DNA from: Eledone cirrhosa
Taxonomy: Eukaryota
Reading direction: 5' to 3'
Length of the DNA stretch: 64,000 nt
Assembly: GCA_964016885.1 (NCBI GenBank)
Contig: CAXHJY010001743.1
Coordinates: 86,809 to 150,808, forward strand
Shown: piece by piece, positions 1 to 15,089 of the stretch
Layout of the letters: each line of letters starts with the position of its first letter
Numbering within the stretch: the stretch's first letter is position 1
Made by a program: the position numbers and the translations under genes
The notes under the pieces: generated by a model
Told to the model about the DNA's origin: nothing
Seen by the model: only the letters and a program-made list of their open reading frames with translations
Database searches by the model: none

Positions 1-3000
1 CACTAACATACATAACACTAACACTACCATACACCACACCAACACTACCATACACCACACTAACACTACCACACACCACACCAACACTACCATACACCAC
101 ACCAACACTGCCATACAGAAAAATAACACTACCATACACCACACCAACACTACCATACACCACACCAACACTACCATACACTACACCAAAACTACCATAC
201 ACCACACCAACACTATTATACACCGCACCAACACTACCATATCATACACCACATCAACACTACCATACAACACACCAATAGTATCATACACCACACCCAC
301 ACTACCATTCACCGCACCACACCAAAACTACCATACACCACACCAACACTATTATACACCACACCAACACTACCATACACCACACCAAAACTACCATACA
401 CCACACACACCAATAGTATCATACACCATACAACACACCAATAGTATCATACACCACACCCACACTACCATACGCCGCACCACACCAAAACTACCATACA
501 CCACAAAAACACTACCATACACCATACCAACACTACCATACACCACACCAACACTACCACACACCACACCAACACTACCATACATCACACTAACACTACC
601 ATACACCACGCCAACACTACCATACACCACGCCAACACTACCATATACCATTTCATCACTACCATACACCACACCAACACTACCATACACCACACCAACA
701 CTACCATACATCACACTAACACTACTACACACCACACCAACACTACCATACACCACACCAACACTACCATACACCACACAAACACTATCATACACCACAC
801 CAACACTACCATACACCACACCAATACTATCATACACCACACCAACACCACCATACACCACACCAACACTACCAGACACCACACCAACTCTACCATATAC
901 CACACCAACACTACCATACACCACACCAACACTACCATACACAACACCAACACTACCATACACCACACCACACCAATACTATCTTACACCACACCAACAC
1001 CACCATACACCACACCAACACTACCATACACCACGCCAACACTACCATACACCACACCAACACAACCATATACCACTTCATCACTACCATACACCACACC
1101 AATATTACCACACATCACACCAACACTACGACACACCACACCAACACTACCATACATCTCACCAAGACTACCATACACCACACCATCACTACCATACACC
1201 ACACCATCACTACCATACACCTCACCAAGACTACCATACACCACACCACACCAATACTATCATTCACCACACCAACACCACCATGCACCACACCAACACT
1301 ACCATATACCACTTCATCACTACCATACACCACACCAACAATACCATACACCACACCAACACTACCATACACCACACTAACACTACCATACATCACACTA
1401 ACATTACCATACACCACACCAACACTGCCATACATCACACCAACACTACCATACACCACACCAACACTACCATACACCACACCAACACTACCATACACCA
1501 CACTAACACTACCATACATCACACTAACATTACCATACACCACACCAACACTGTCATACACCACACTAACATTACCATACACCACACCAACACTACCATA
1601 CATTACCACACCAACACTAACATAGACAACACCAACACTGCCATACACGACACCAACACTACCATACACCACACCAACACTACCATACACCACACCAACA
1701 CTACGTTACACCACACCAACACTAGCATACACCACACCAACACTACCATACAGCACGCCAAACAAATAGTCCCAGACACGACACCAACACTACCACACAC
1801 CACACCAACACTACCACACACCACACCAACACTAACATACATAACACTAACACTACCATACACCACACCAACACTACCATACACCACACTAACACTACCA
1901 CACACCACACCAACACTACCATACACCACACCAACACTGCCATACAGAAAAAAAAACACTACCATACACCACACCAACACTACCATACACCACACCAACA
2001 CTACCATACACTACACCAAAACTACCATACACCACACCAACACTATTATACACCGCACCAACACTACCATATCATACACCACATCAACACTACCATACAA
2101 CACACCAATAGTATCATACACCACACCCACACTACCATTCACCGCACCACACCAAAACTACCATACACCACACCAACACTATTATACACCACACCAACAC
2201 TACCATACACCACACCAAAACTACCATACACCACACACACCAATAGTATCATACACCATACAACACACCAATAGTATCATACACCACACCCACACTACCA
2301 TACGCCGCACCACACCAAAACTACCATACACCACACCAACACTATTATACACCACACCAACACTACCATACACCACACCAAAACTACCATACACCACTCC
2401 AACCCTACCACACACACACCAACACTACCATACGCAAACACCAACACTACCATACACCACAGCAATACTACCATACACCACACCAACACTATCATACACC
2501 ACACCAACACTACCATACACCACACCAACACTACCATACAGCACCCCAAACTACCATACACCACACCAACACTACTATACACCACACCAACACTACCATA
2601 CACCACACCAACACTACGATACACCACACCAACACTACCATACACCACACCAACACTACTATACACCAAACACCACACCAACACAACCATACACCACACC
2701 AACACTACCATACACCACACCAACACTACTATACACCACACCAACACTACCATACACCACACCAACACTACCATACACCACACAACACCAATACTACCAT
2801 ACACCACACCAACACTACCAGAGATCACAACAAACAAAAAGTATCAGACACGACAGCAACACTACCACACACCACACCAACACTACCATACCACACCAAC
2901 ACTACAATACGCCACACCAACACTGCCATACACCACACCAACTCTACCATACACCACACCAACACTACCATACACCACACCAACACTACCATACAGCACA

Positions 3001-5685
3001 CCACACCAATACTACCATAAAACCTTGCCAACACTAACACACACCACACTAACACTACCATACACCACACCAACACTACCATACACCACACCATACCAAT
3101 ACTACCATACACCACACCAACACTACTATACACAACACCAACACTACCATACACCACACCATACCAACACTACCATACACCACACCAACACTACCAGACA
3201 CCACACCAACACTACCAGACACAACACCAACACTACCAGACACCACACCAACACTACCATACACCATACCAACTCTACCATATACCACACCAATCCTACC
3301 ATACACCACACCAACACTACCACACACCACGCCAACACTACCACACACCACACCAACACTACCACACACCACACCAACACTACCATACATCACACTAACA
3401 CTACCATACACCACGCCAACACTACCATACACCACGCCAACACTACCATATACCACTTCATCACTACCATACACCACACCAACACTACCATACGCCACAC
3501 CAACACTACCATACACCACACAAACACTATCATACACCACACCAACACTACCATACACCACACCAACACTATCATACACCACACCAACACTACCACACAC
3601 CACACCAACACTACCATACACCACACCAACACTACCATACACCACACCAACACTACCATACACCACACCAACACTGCCATTCACCACACCAACACTACCA
3701 TACACCACGCCAACACTACCATACACCACGCCAACACTACCATACACCAGACCAACACTCCCACACACCACACCAACACTACCATACACCACACCAACAC
3801 TACCATACACCACACCAACACTGCCATACACCACACCAGTACTACCACACACCACATCAACACTACCATACACCGCACCATACCAGTACTACCACACACC
3901 ACATCAACACTACCATACACCACACCATACCAGTACTACCATACAGCACATCAACACTACTATACACCACATCAATACTACCACACACCACACCAACACT
4001 ACCATACGCCACACCAACACTACAACACACCACACCAGACAAATAGTACGAGACACCACATTAACACTACCATACATCACACCAACACTACCATACACCA
4101 CACCAACGCTACCATAGACCACACCAACACTGCTTTACACCACACCAACACCAACATACACCACACCAACACTACGATACACCACACCAATAATGCCATA
4201 CAGCACACCAACACTACCATACAGCACACCAGACAAATAGTACCAGACACCACACTAACACTACCATACATCACATCAACACTACCACACACCACACCAA
4301 CACTACCATACACCACACTAACACTAACATACACCACACCAACACTACCATACACCACACCAACACTACCATACACCACACCAACACTACGATACACCAT
4401 ACCAACACTACCATACACCACACCAACACTACCATACACCACACCAACACTACGATACACCACACCAACACTACCATACACCACACCAACACTACCATAC
4501 ATCACACCAACACTACCATACACCACACCAACACTGCCATACACCACACCAGTACTACCACACACCACATCAACACTACCATACACCACAGCATACCAGT
4601 ACTACCACACACCACATCAACAATACTATACACCACATCAATACTACCACACACCACACCAACACTATCATACACCACAACAACACTATCATACACCACA
4701 ACAACACGAACAGACACCACACCAACACTACCATACACCACACCAACACTACCATACACCACACCAACACTACCATACACTACACCAACACTACCACACA
4801 CCACACCAACACTACCATACACCACACCAACACTACCATACACCACACCAACACTACCATACATCACACCAGACAAATAGTACCAGACACCACAGTAACA
4901 CTACCATACATCACACCAACACTACCATACGCCACACCAACACTACCATACACCACACCAACACTACCATACACCACACCAACACTGCCATACACCACAC
5001 TAACACTACCATACACCACACCAACAGTACCATACATCACACCAACACTACCATCACCACACAAACACTCCCATACACCACACCAACACTACCATACAGC
5101 ACACCAACACAACCATACACCACACCAGCACTACCATACACCACACCAATACTACCATACACGAGACCAATTTTACCATATACCACACCAATACTACCAC
5201 ACACCACACCCATACTACCATACACCACACCAACACTACCATACACCACACCAATACTACCATACATCACACCAACACTACCATACACGACACCAATTCT
5301 ACCATATACCACACCAATACTACCACACACCACACCAATACTACCATACACCACACCAACACTACAACACACCACACCAACACTACCACACACCACACCA
5401 ACACTACCATATACCACACCAATACTACCAGACACCACACCAACACTACCATACACCACACCAACACTACAACACACCACACCAACACTAACATATACCA
5501 CACCAACACTACCATATACCACACCAATACTACCACACACCACACCAACACTACCACACACCACACCAACACTACAACACACCACACCAACACTACCACA
5601 CACCACACCAACACTACCAAACACCACACCACACCAATACTACCATACACCTCACCACACTAACACTACCCTACACGATGCCAAC
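1..5685. repeat. 21-bp minisatellite (CACCACACCAACACTACCATA)n, running off the left edge of the window
   Basis: Continuous degenerate tandem copies. The 7-aa periodic ORFs (HHTNTTI / PTLPYTT / VVYGSVG) in all frames are translations of this unit. Confidence 0.97.
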
Positions 5686-5959
5686 TAATCAATACTTCAC
5701 TTTATCAAAATTATCCGGCTAAATGTTTGTCGAACGCTTTTGCTTTCTTGATCAAAGGCAGAGATCAATGATCGATCAATGCTATTGATTTTAATGGGAG
5801 TTGGGATTAAGTTTGTAATGATACTAAATTTTCTCCGGTCATTAGATACATCAATTGAATATAACCACAGCAACAACAACAACGACATCTAGGAAAAGAA
5901 CCTCCTTGTTGTTTAATCAAGGAAGAAGATGGGATTTTAAAATGACAAAGGCTTATCCA

Positions 5960-6325
5960 TTTAGCGAGGAAAAAGGAAAGTGTTTATTCTTTTAGCGAGG
6001 AAAAAGTCATACCCTGTTCTTTTAGCGATGAAAAAAGCCAGGTTTTATACTTTTATCAAGAAAAAAAGAAAGGTTTTATTCTTTTAGCGAGGAAAAGAGC
6101 CAGGTTTTATTCTTTTAGCAAGGAAAAAAGAAAGGATTCATTCTTTTAGCGAGGAAAAAAGCCAGGTTTTATTCTTTTAGCAAGGAAAAAAATAAAAAAT
6201 GTATTCTTTTAGCGAGGAAAAAAAGGTAGGGTTTATTCTTTTTGCGGGGAAAAAGGACGAGGTCTATTCTTTTAGCGAGGAAAAGAGAAAGGGTTTATTC
6301 TTTTAGGAGGAAAAAACCCGAAGTT
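5960..6325. repeat. ~31-bp degenerate tandem repeat (TTATTCTTTTAGCGAGGAAAAAAAGCCAGGTT-like), about 12 copies
   Basis: TCTTTTAGCGAGGAAAAA recurs at ~30-31 bp spacing. Confidence 0.85.
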
Positions 6326-6384
6326 TATTATTATTTCCTCTACCACGTTAAACTGATAGTTAACACCCAAATATCCTGTCCAGC

Positions 6385-6500
6385 AAATTTCACTCACTAT
6401 GTGTGCATAGACCCGAGGCTATGGTTGAAGACATTTACTCAAAATACCTCGCCGTTGGACCGAACTCGAAACCACATGATTGCATATCTAACTACTTACC
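6385..6500 (-). mobile_element. Degraded tRNA-derived SINE fragment (third family, similar to 57830-57955)
   Basis: GACCCGAGGCTATGGTTGAAGACATTTACTCAA...GGACCGAACTCGAAACCACATGATTGC resembles the reverse complement of a tRNA-like head; a related copy lies at 57.8-57.95 kb. Confidence 0.5.
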
Positions 6501-6804
6501 CCCATCGACCATCCATGGGCCTATCTTGTATTGTCTTGTCACGAGATTATTACTATTGACAGCATCACTCACCATCAACTTAGATATACCTTTTAATATA
6601 CGAATGCAAATTCGGTTATTGATTTTTTATGTAACAATTCTACGTTTACATTTCCTCTAGCCATATTTATATTCCTTATTCTATTAGAAACTACTGTATT
6701 TCAAACTATTTCGCTTCAATAATAGAATGAATAATAATAATAATAATAATACAACAGTATATAACTTCATATGGAATAAAACTGTCTCCTTATCTACACC
6801 TGCT

Positions 6805-7215
<411 letters not shown>

Positions 7216-7407
7216 TATATATATATATACACACACACATATATATATAACAGTAATGATAATAATAATATAACACTAATATTAATACTACTAAGCTCTT
7301 TTTTCTCACTCCGCATTTTTTTTATCTATAAATCATAAGATGATAACAGAAGAAACTTTTCAAATGTTTTACACAATTGCCAATGGACCAGCTTTGCTAC
7401 ATTATCG

Positions 7408-7520
<113 letters not shown>

Positions 7521-8416
7521 TGGGCCTATATATACATATATGGGCCTATATATATATATATACTGTGTTCACTTGGATCAAGATCTAATAATGTTTTCCT
7601 TTGTTACTTGCTCGACTTTCTATAGCCTACAGAACAGTTAGAGTTATTTTATCAGCTTCTTTCTTTCTTTCTTTCTTCTTCTTCTTTTTTTTTTTTTAGC
7701 TATTTTTGCTATTGTATTCATAGTAGAGTTGGTTGTGAGACGCCATAATTGTTTCCTCTGTGTTCCAGTAGAGATTATATTCTTAAGACAAACACATGGT
7801 CTGTAATTCCTTAAATACCATGGGATATTCTCACTGAAGAAGCGCTTTCAATATATATTTTGTTTCGTTTTGTTTTGTTTTTGTTTTTTGTGGTGTTTTG
7901 TGTGTGTGTGTATCGGGGGGGGGGGGGTTCTATTTGTTTATTTTTATTTCGTTTTTATTTCTTTTTTTTCTTCTTTCGTCCGTCTAGCCTTTGTCATTGT
8001 TCATGTTCTAGCTGTTGTTGTTGTTGTTATTATTTTGTTATTGATGTTGTTGTTGTTGGTGTTGTTGTTGTTGTTGCTTCTGCTGCTGTTATTGCTGTTG
8101 CTTCTTGTTTTCGTTATTACCTTTGTTGTTATTGCTGTTAACGTTGCTGCTTTTATCGTTTTTGTGCTGTTGCTGTTGTTGTTACTATTATCGACGTTTT
8201 AAGTTTTTTTTGTTGTTTTTTTTTTTTGTTTTTATGAACATCCTTCGTCAAGAAATCATTTCTCAGCGATTGTATAAATGTTTTTGTTATTGTTGTTGTT
8301 TACACTTTTACTCTTTACCTGTTCCAGCCATCCGGCTGAGGCCATGTTGGGGCACCACCCTTGTTTGTTCATAAAAAAGTGTTAATATTTCTATCATCTT
8401 CCAATCTACCATTTAT

Positions 8417-8560
8417 CCTATTTCTAGAAGTAACCTTAACATTTCCCTATTTCTAGAAGTCGCCCTATTTCTAGAAGTAACCTTAATATATTCCCTATTT
8501 CTAGAAGTCGTCCTATTTCTAGAAGCAAACTTAATATATTCCCTATTTCTAGAAGTAACC
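8417..8560. repeat. Six copies of CCTATTTCTAGAAG in alternating ~30-bp and 18-bp units
   Basis: Long units continue TAACCTTAAYAT..TTC and short units continue TCGY. Confidence 0.85.
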
Positions 8561-8815
8561 AGGAAAACTTTAAACGGCCACTCGCCTTTCTAGAAACAGC
8601 AATCAAATATCCCACAAAATAAAACCAACTGTTTTATATTAGACAATATAACACCTGGTTTTAAAAGAAGAACGGAGCTCATTGCAAAACTACGTCTGAT
8701 CATAAATATGCTGGATCAAAGTTGGGTTAGGGTTGGAGTATGGTGTTGAACAACAGCAAATCGGTGTATTTTTTGCTTTTTCCGTGGTTGGGGGAGTTCT
8801 GACCTTGCATATGCG

Positions 8816-8894
<79 letters not shown>

Positions 8895-8992
8895 GTGTGT
8901 GTGTGTGTGTATGTATATATATATATATGTTAGGTAATTCCGAAGGAAAAGCAAAGGAAAATAGAGTGTTCTATGTATAGAACAGAGCTATT

Positions 8993-9180
8993 TAATTAGA
9001 AGGTGAACAACACAAAATATAACTACTCCATTACCAAAGGTTTCTGGATCACAGATGATAATAATATAATATATGTCTGGATCTGTCGTCAGACAGCTGA
9101 CGATCGATATTTTATTATTATCGTCTGTGATCCAGAAACCTTTGGTAATGGAGTAGTTATATTTTGTGTTGTTCACCTTC

Positions 9181-9186
<6 letters not shown>
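8993..9186. mobile_element. Fold-back (inverted-repeat) element beside (TA)n with back-to-back hammerhead-like cores; Penelope-like pLTR derivative
   Basis: TAATTAGAAGGTGAACAACAC...GATAATAATA is mirrored by TATTATTATC...GTGTTGTTCACCTTCTAATTA; the centre reads TCGTCAG-ACAG-CTGACGA. Confidence 0.75.
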
Positions 9187-9250
<64 letters not shown>

Positions 9251-9511
9251 TATATATATATGTGTATATAAGTAACCATTTCTTTTTCTTTCTATCTTTC
9301 CCCCCACCCACTCTCCTCTTGTCTTGTATCATACTCGTTGCTCCCACTCTCACTTCCGCTTTCTGCCACTTCCGCTGCCCTATGTGTAACTGTCAATGTG
9401 AATTGGAGTAAACTCATATTGATAACTGTTCGGTATATTGAATATTGATCTGTTGGTATATGAACTGTTTAGTCTCCGTTCAGTTTAGTATAACTAACAT
9501 GACTTATACAC

Positions 9512-9574
<63 letters not shown>

Positions 9575-10324
9575 TACATACACACATATATAAATAAATA
9601 AATGAATATATATATATATACGTGTATGTATGTACATACCTGTGTTTGTGTGTGTTTGTGTGAGTGTGCGAGCGTGTATGTGTACATATCTGTGTGTGCG
9701 TGTCTCTCTCTCTATATATATATATACATATGTGTGTGTGTGCGTGTGTGTGTGTCAGAAAGCAGAAAGGCACCAAATAAAACTGCACTGGTGTTCAGCT
9801 GTTTGGTGTTATTAGTTTTAATGTTGATGTTATCCAACCTTGTGATGCTGCCAATCCCCTGAAATATGTTATACATCCAATATAGGACCGAAGAGACGAA
9901 GAAGAGGAGGAGGTGGAGGAGGTGAAGGAGGGGGAAGTGGTGGTGGTGGGGGGAGATAATCATCCCTTGTTTTACCGATCACAGTTATAAGGGGACAAGA
10001 GAAAGAAACGGGGCCAAAGCTGAGAGTTATATCTCTGTGTGAAATACCGAATCCATTAATACATAGGATCACATTTCCAATGTTTGATGTCCCCTAAACG
10101 TGCTGCTACTACCGATGAAGCATATAGCAGGGAAGGGAGAGGTGCATTTGAGAGAGAGAGAGAGTGTGTGAGAGAGAATGAGAGAGAGAGAGGGGGATAT
10201 GAGAGAGAGGGGGAGGTTGGAGCACGGGTAGCGGTGAGAGAGAAAGATAAGGAGATAAAACAAGGGTTTTGGAGAGGGAGGTGTAAGGGAGAGATGAAGG
10301 AGAGGGAGAGAGGGATATTAGAGA

Positions 10325-10390
<66 letters not shown>

Positions 10391-10676
10391 AACTGACAGG
10401 GAGAGAGAGAGAGAGAGACGTAGGAGAGAGGAGATGGTGGAAATATGTAAAAGCGAAGCGGTAAAAAGAGAATGAGTTACCCACATACCTACTGAACCAA
10501 CTATCTCAGCTTGCTAGGTAACTAGCTAGGTAAACTATTTAGCTGGCTAGCTAGGTTGTTAGTTGGCTGGTTGATAAGTCAATTGGCTGGTTGATTGGAT
10601 GATTGCTTGGTTGGTTAGTTGGTTAGTAAATTAGTCAATCAAATAGGTAGTTAGATAGATAGATAAATATATATAT

Positions 10677-10748
<72 letters not shown>

Positions 10749-10840
10749 AGAGAGAGAGGGAGAGGGCGGTGCTGCAGCATGGCCTCAGTCGGATGGCTGG
10801 AATATGTAAAAGAATAAAAGAGCATATATATATATATAGA

Positions 10841-10880
<40 letters not shown>

Positions 10881-11088
10881 CGTGGTGGCTGTGGAGGATG
10901 ATGGTGGTTCTGATAGTGTTGTTGTTGGTGGTGATGTTCCTGGTGGAGATGTGTACTATTGCATATGTGTGTATGTGTGCGCGTCTATGTAACTATATGT
11001 GTTTCACTGTGTGTATCAGTGTGTGTGTAATTGTATATATGTATATATATATATATATTTACACACACACATACACAAACACACATAC

Positions 11089-11180
<92 letters not shown>

Positions 11181-11269
11181 CAGGGCCAGCCAGTCTCCGC
11201 TGAACAACTGCTGTTTGGCACACAACCTATATGTCATGACTGTGAAATACTCCATAATGGCGCTCAGCT

Positions 11270-11845
11270 CCTCCACCGTCACCATGACCACCACCATAAC
11301 CACCACCACCGTCATTACCACCACCACTAACATCATTACCGCCACCACCACCATCATTACCACCATCATCACCACCACCACCATCACTACCACCACCGCC
11401 GTCATTACCACCATCACCACCAACACCACCACTACCATCATTACGACTACCACCACCATCACCACCACCACCACCACCACCATCATTACCACCACCACCA
11501 TCATTACCACTACCACCACCACCATCATTAGCACCACCATCACCACCAACACCACCATTATTACCACCACCACTACCATCATTACCACCACCCCACTACC
11601 ACCATCATTACCAACACCACTACCAGCATTACCACCACCAACAAAAACGCCACCACCACCACCACCACCAATACCACCATAATTCCCATCATTACCACCA
11701 CCACCATCACCACCACCACCTTCACCATTACCACCATCACCACCACCATCATTAGCACCATCACCACCACCAGCATTACCACCATCACCACCACCACCAC
11801 CACTAGCATCATCAGCATCATCATCACTCATCATCATCACCACAA
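11270..11845. repeat. Degenerate (ACC/ATC)n trinucleotide low-complexity tract
   Basis: Read directly; it explains the poly-T/V/G ORFs. Confidence 0.9.
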
Positions 11846-12074
11846 CTATCAACATCGTCATTATATCCATATAAGGGTGTTTGAGCTTAGTTGAACGCTG
11901 TCAAAGGAAATATGAAGTGACATTGAAAAGCTATTTGGATCGAGCTTATGCTTCTGTCTCCTTGTTTTCCTTTTATTTAGAGATGACCTGTACTCCTTTC
12001 TTCTTCTTCTTCTTCTTCTTCTTCTTCTTCTTCTTCTTCTTCTTCTTCTTCTTCTTCTTCTTCTTCTTCTTCTT

Positions 12075-12172
12075 TTGCCTTTCATCCTTCCGGGGTCGAT
12101 AAAATAAAGTACCAGTAATGCACTGGATATGTTGCTGGCCTTATGCCAAAAGTAGAAACAATTATTATTATT
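12075..12172 (+). mobile_element. 3' part of tRNA-derived SINE family A with (TTA)n tail
   Basis: TTGCCTTTCATCCTTCCGGGGTCGATAAAATAAAGTACCAG...AGTAGAAACAATTATTATTA matches the full copies at 27316 and 38937. Confidence 0.85.
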
Positions 12173-13141
12173 AGTCTTGGGTCAAGCGAAGACCGAGAGG
12201 GAGCGCTTGGAGACTGGAATGTCTTCAGGCGCTCACAGCCCTCGACCAATCGGGCAATGTGATCGGTGGAAACTCCACCTTGGCGTTCTATAGAGGATTA
12301 GTGGAGGGGAAGAGCGACGACGTACTTGGAGAAACTCTAGGCGTCGACGAAAATCAACTAGCCAATCTCTTCGGAAGGACTTTCGAGCCGGGGCCTATGG
12401 ACAACTTCCAGAAATCCCTGGCCTGGCAGTGCTACTGAGGAGTTTTGCCAGTTCAGGATAAACTCTACAGGCATGGAGGTGCCGTCAGCCGGGCATGTCC
12501 GAAATGCACGCAGGGCGACGAAAAATCGTCCTGCACGCACTCGTCCAGTGTCTGAGCATTGCTGACTTGTGGGTTTATGTCGAACACCTGCTGTCACGTG
12601 TAGGACGGATCCAGCTATCAGCTGAGTCCATTGTGAGGTTTGCCCCGCCCTCTTCCTTTAGCCGGGAAGGGCAGACAGTTTTTATCTGTCTGGTGACCAT
12701 GGCGAAAGAGATAGTATGGTGGACATGTTTGAAAGGGCTGAAGACGAGCACTTACCTCTTCGGTGATGCCTTGATTAACTTTTTCAAATTTCATTTGAAA
12801 AGGAAAATCAGGGTAGAGAGGGAAGTGCTCTCTTCCCAGCATTTTGTCGAAAGATGGGTGAGAGAAGCAAGTATGGCCCGAGTGAATACTCTGAGTATAT
12901 GTCTGTAAATTAAAGGTGGAAAACTGGGAGAGGGCACTTGCCCTGGTGGTCAAGGTCACTGTGGCCTTTTAATGGGCTTCCTCCACAAATATCCCTCGGA
13001 AGTCTCCCCCCTATTGGGGAATTTTTTCATTGTTCTTTTATTACATCCTCTGTTTCTTGTTTTTTAAACGCAGAAATGCCTTTTTATACCGCCCTGTATT
13101 GTCCTGTACTGTCCTTAATGTCTACTTTATGTAAACCCTTG
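12173..13141 (+). mobile_element. 5'-truncated Tx1-like LINE copy (3' end of ORF2 plus 3'UTR), pseudogenised
   Basis: Closely matches 19901-20888. It has an in-frame stop (TAC TGA versus TAC CGA), a frameshift near 12520 and small deletions. Confidence 0.95.
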
Positions 13142-13161
13142 CATTATTATTATTATTATTA

Positions 13162-14838
13162 TTGTTATTGTTATTCCTTGAATCTCAGTCATTGATGTTG
13201 GTTAACTGGAAAGTCCGTTGGATTGAATATCAAGCCACTACCTGCAGCCTCAGATATTCAGGACGTATCGGAGGGTTCTTGCCGTTCCAAGCAAGCATGC
13301 CTTTTGAAGCGTTCCAAAAAGCGTGAAGGGGCCGATTTTCTTTAACCATCCCTGGAAACCTTTGGAGATAGTCCCCAGTGCGCCTATGACAATCGGGATC
13401 ACTTTGACTTCATGGCAGTTCCAAATCCTTTTCACCTCCCACTTTAGGTCCTGGTATCGGTTAATTTTCTCCCTCTCCTTCTCTTGCACTCTCGTGTCGA
13501 ACGGGCAGGCCACATCCACAATCAGGCACGATCTTTTTTCTTTGTCCACAACCACCAGGTCAGGTCTATTGTGTTCCAGTTTTTTGTCCGTCTGTATCCT
13601 AAAATCCCACAGCACCTTCACCTGACTGTTCTCCATCACCGCCTCTGGCCTATGCTCATACCATTTCTCAAAATGTGGTAGATTGTTTACTTTGCACAGG
13701 TGCCAGTGGATCACCCTGCCCATCACATCGTGTCTCCAGCCCTTATAGTGGGTCTGGGCTAGGTGTTTACACTCGGACACAATGTGAGCCACAGTCTCCT
13801 CTCTCTCTCCACAGATCCTGCACAGTGGGCTAGCCTCCTCCTTGTAGATATGGTGCTTCAACCACTTCGTTTTGAGGGCCTGCTCCTGCGCAGCCATTAG
13901 CATTCCTTCTGTAGCCTTTTTGAGGTCTCCTCTTCTCAACCAGTTCCATGTCTGTGGATCTCTAAATTCAGTTTTCTCAAAGAAGGTACTATGAAGGGAT
14001 TTTCCCTTAAGGCTGCTCTTCCTCCTTGATGTTATTTCCTCCTTGGGTATCCCCTGGCCTACTGTCCCCTCCTTCAGTACAGCTCTGAGCATTGGCTCCT
14101 TACTATAGGTCACGTATTTGTATAGGTTGTTTTTCTCCATCTGAACACAGTCCTCTATGCTGATAAGACCTCTTCCACCCTCAGATCTCCTTAGGTAGAG
14201 TCTATCGACATCACTCCTCTTGTGGAACATGTTGTAGATAGTCAATAGCTTCCTAGTCTTCCTATCCATTTCTTTTTGTTCGGCAACATTCCATCTCAGG
14301 ATTCCCGCACTGTACCTAATAATAGACACAGCTCGGGAATTTACTGCGCTTATGGCATTTCTGCTGTTCAGATGTGACTTCAATACGCTCCTTACTCTCC
14401 GAATGTATTCAGTTCTTAACAATTCCTTCATTTTTTTGTTCTTTATGCCATCAGCCTCCAGAACGCCCAAATACTTGTATCCTTCCTCAGAGTCAATTTC
14501 CTTTATCATCTCACCTGTTGGTATCTGGATCCCGTTACTTCTGCTCAACCTACCCCTCCTCATCACAATGACTCCACATTTACCAATACCAAACTGCATA
14601 CATATATCACTGCTGAAAATACGGACAGTGTCAACAAGCACATCCAACTCCTTCTCACTTTTCCCGAAGAGCTTAAGATCGTCCATGAAGAGGAGGTGAT
14701 TGATGGTAAGCTCTCCCCTTCCCAACTTGTATCCTGCTCTCACTTTTCGCAGCATAATGGTCAAGGGCATCAGGGCAAGGACAAACAACAGAGGCGACAG
14801 GCTATCTCCCTGGAAGATACCTCTCTTGATCTTCACGC

Positions 14839-14840
<2 letters not shown>
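13162..14840 (-). mobile_element. 5'-truncated Dong/R4-like REL LINE (copy 1)
   Basis: ORF 13250-14836 (528 aa) is nearly identical to the C-terminal half of 21012-24404; both ends abut (TTA)n. Confidence 0.95.
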
Positions 14841-14874
<34 letters not shown>

Positions 14875-15089
14875 GAATGCCATGGTTGACGGAGGCTCGG
14901 CTCTGTAAGGTATAGTAATTTTTAACCGTTAAAACAATTGTAAATTGTTTAAAACTTGAACCAAATTGTTGATAAAGACACCCTCCTCCTCGTGAGAGGG
15001 GTCTTTCTGTCCGTTATTTGGCCCTTCGGGGTTAAATAACCAGTTATTGGGGTTTTGTACCCAAAATTTCATTTTAAACAAAAAACAAC

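Noticed and set aside
1283-5688. 584-aa and 887-aa His/Thr/Pro-rich ORFs
   Set aside because: They arise from a stop-free 21-bp minisatellite; the frames switch between repeat phases and there is no unique domain.
8417-8560. Resemblance to the FRT recombination site (CCTATT..CTAGAAAGT)
   Set aside because: The inverted 13-bp arms are missing; likely coincidence.
14974-15006. HDV-like ribozyme around CTCCTCGT in the Tx1 5'UTR
   Set aside because: The flanks pair as a simple hairpin, leaving no P2/P1.1 pseudoknot.
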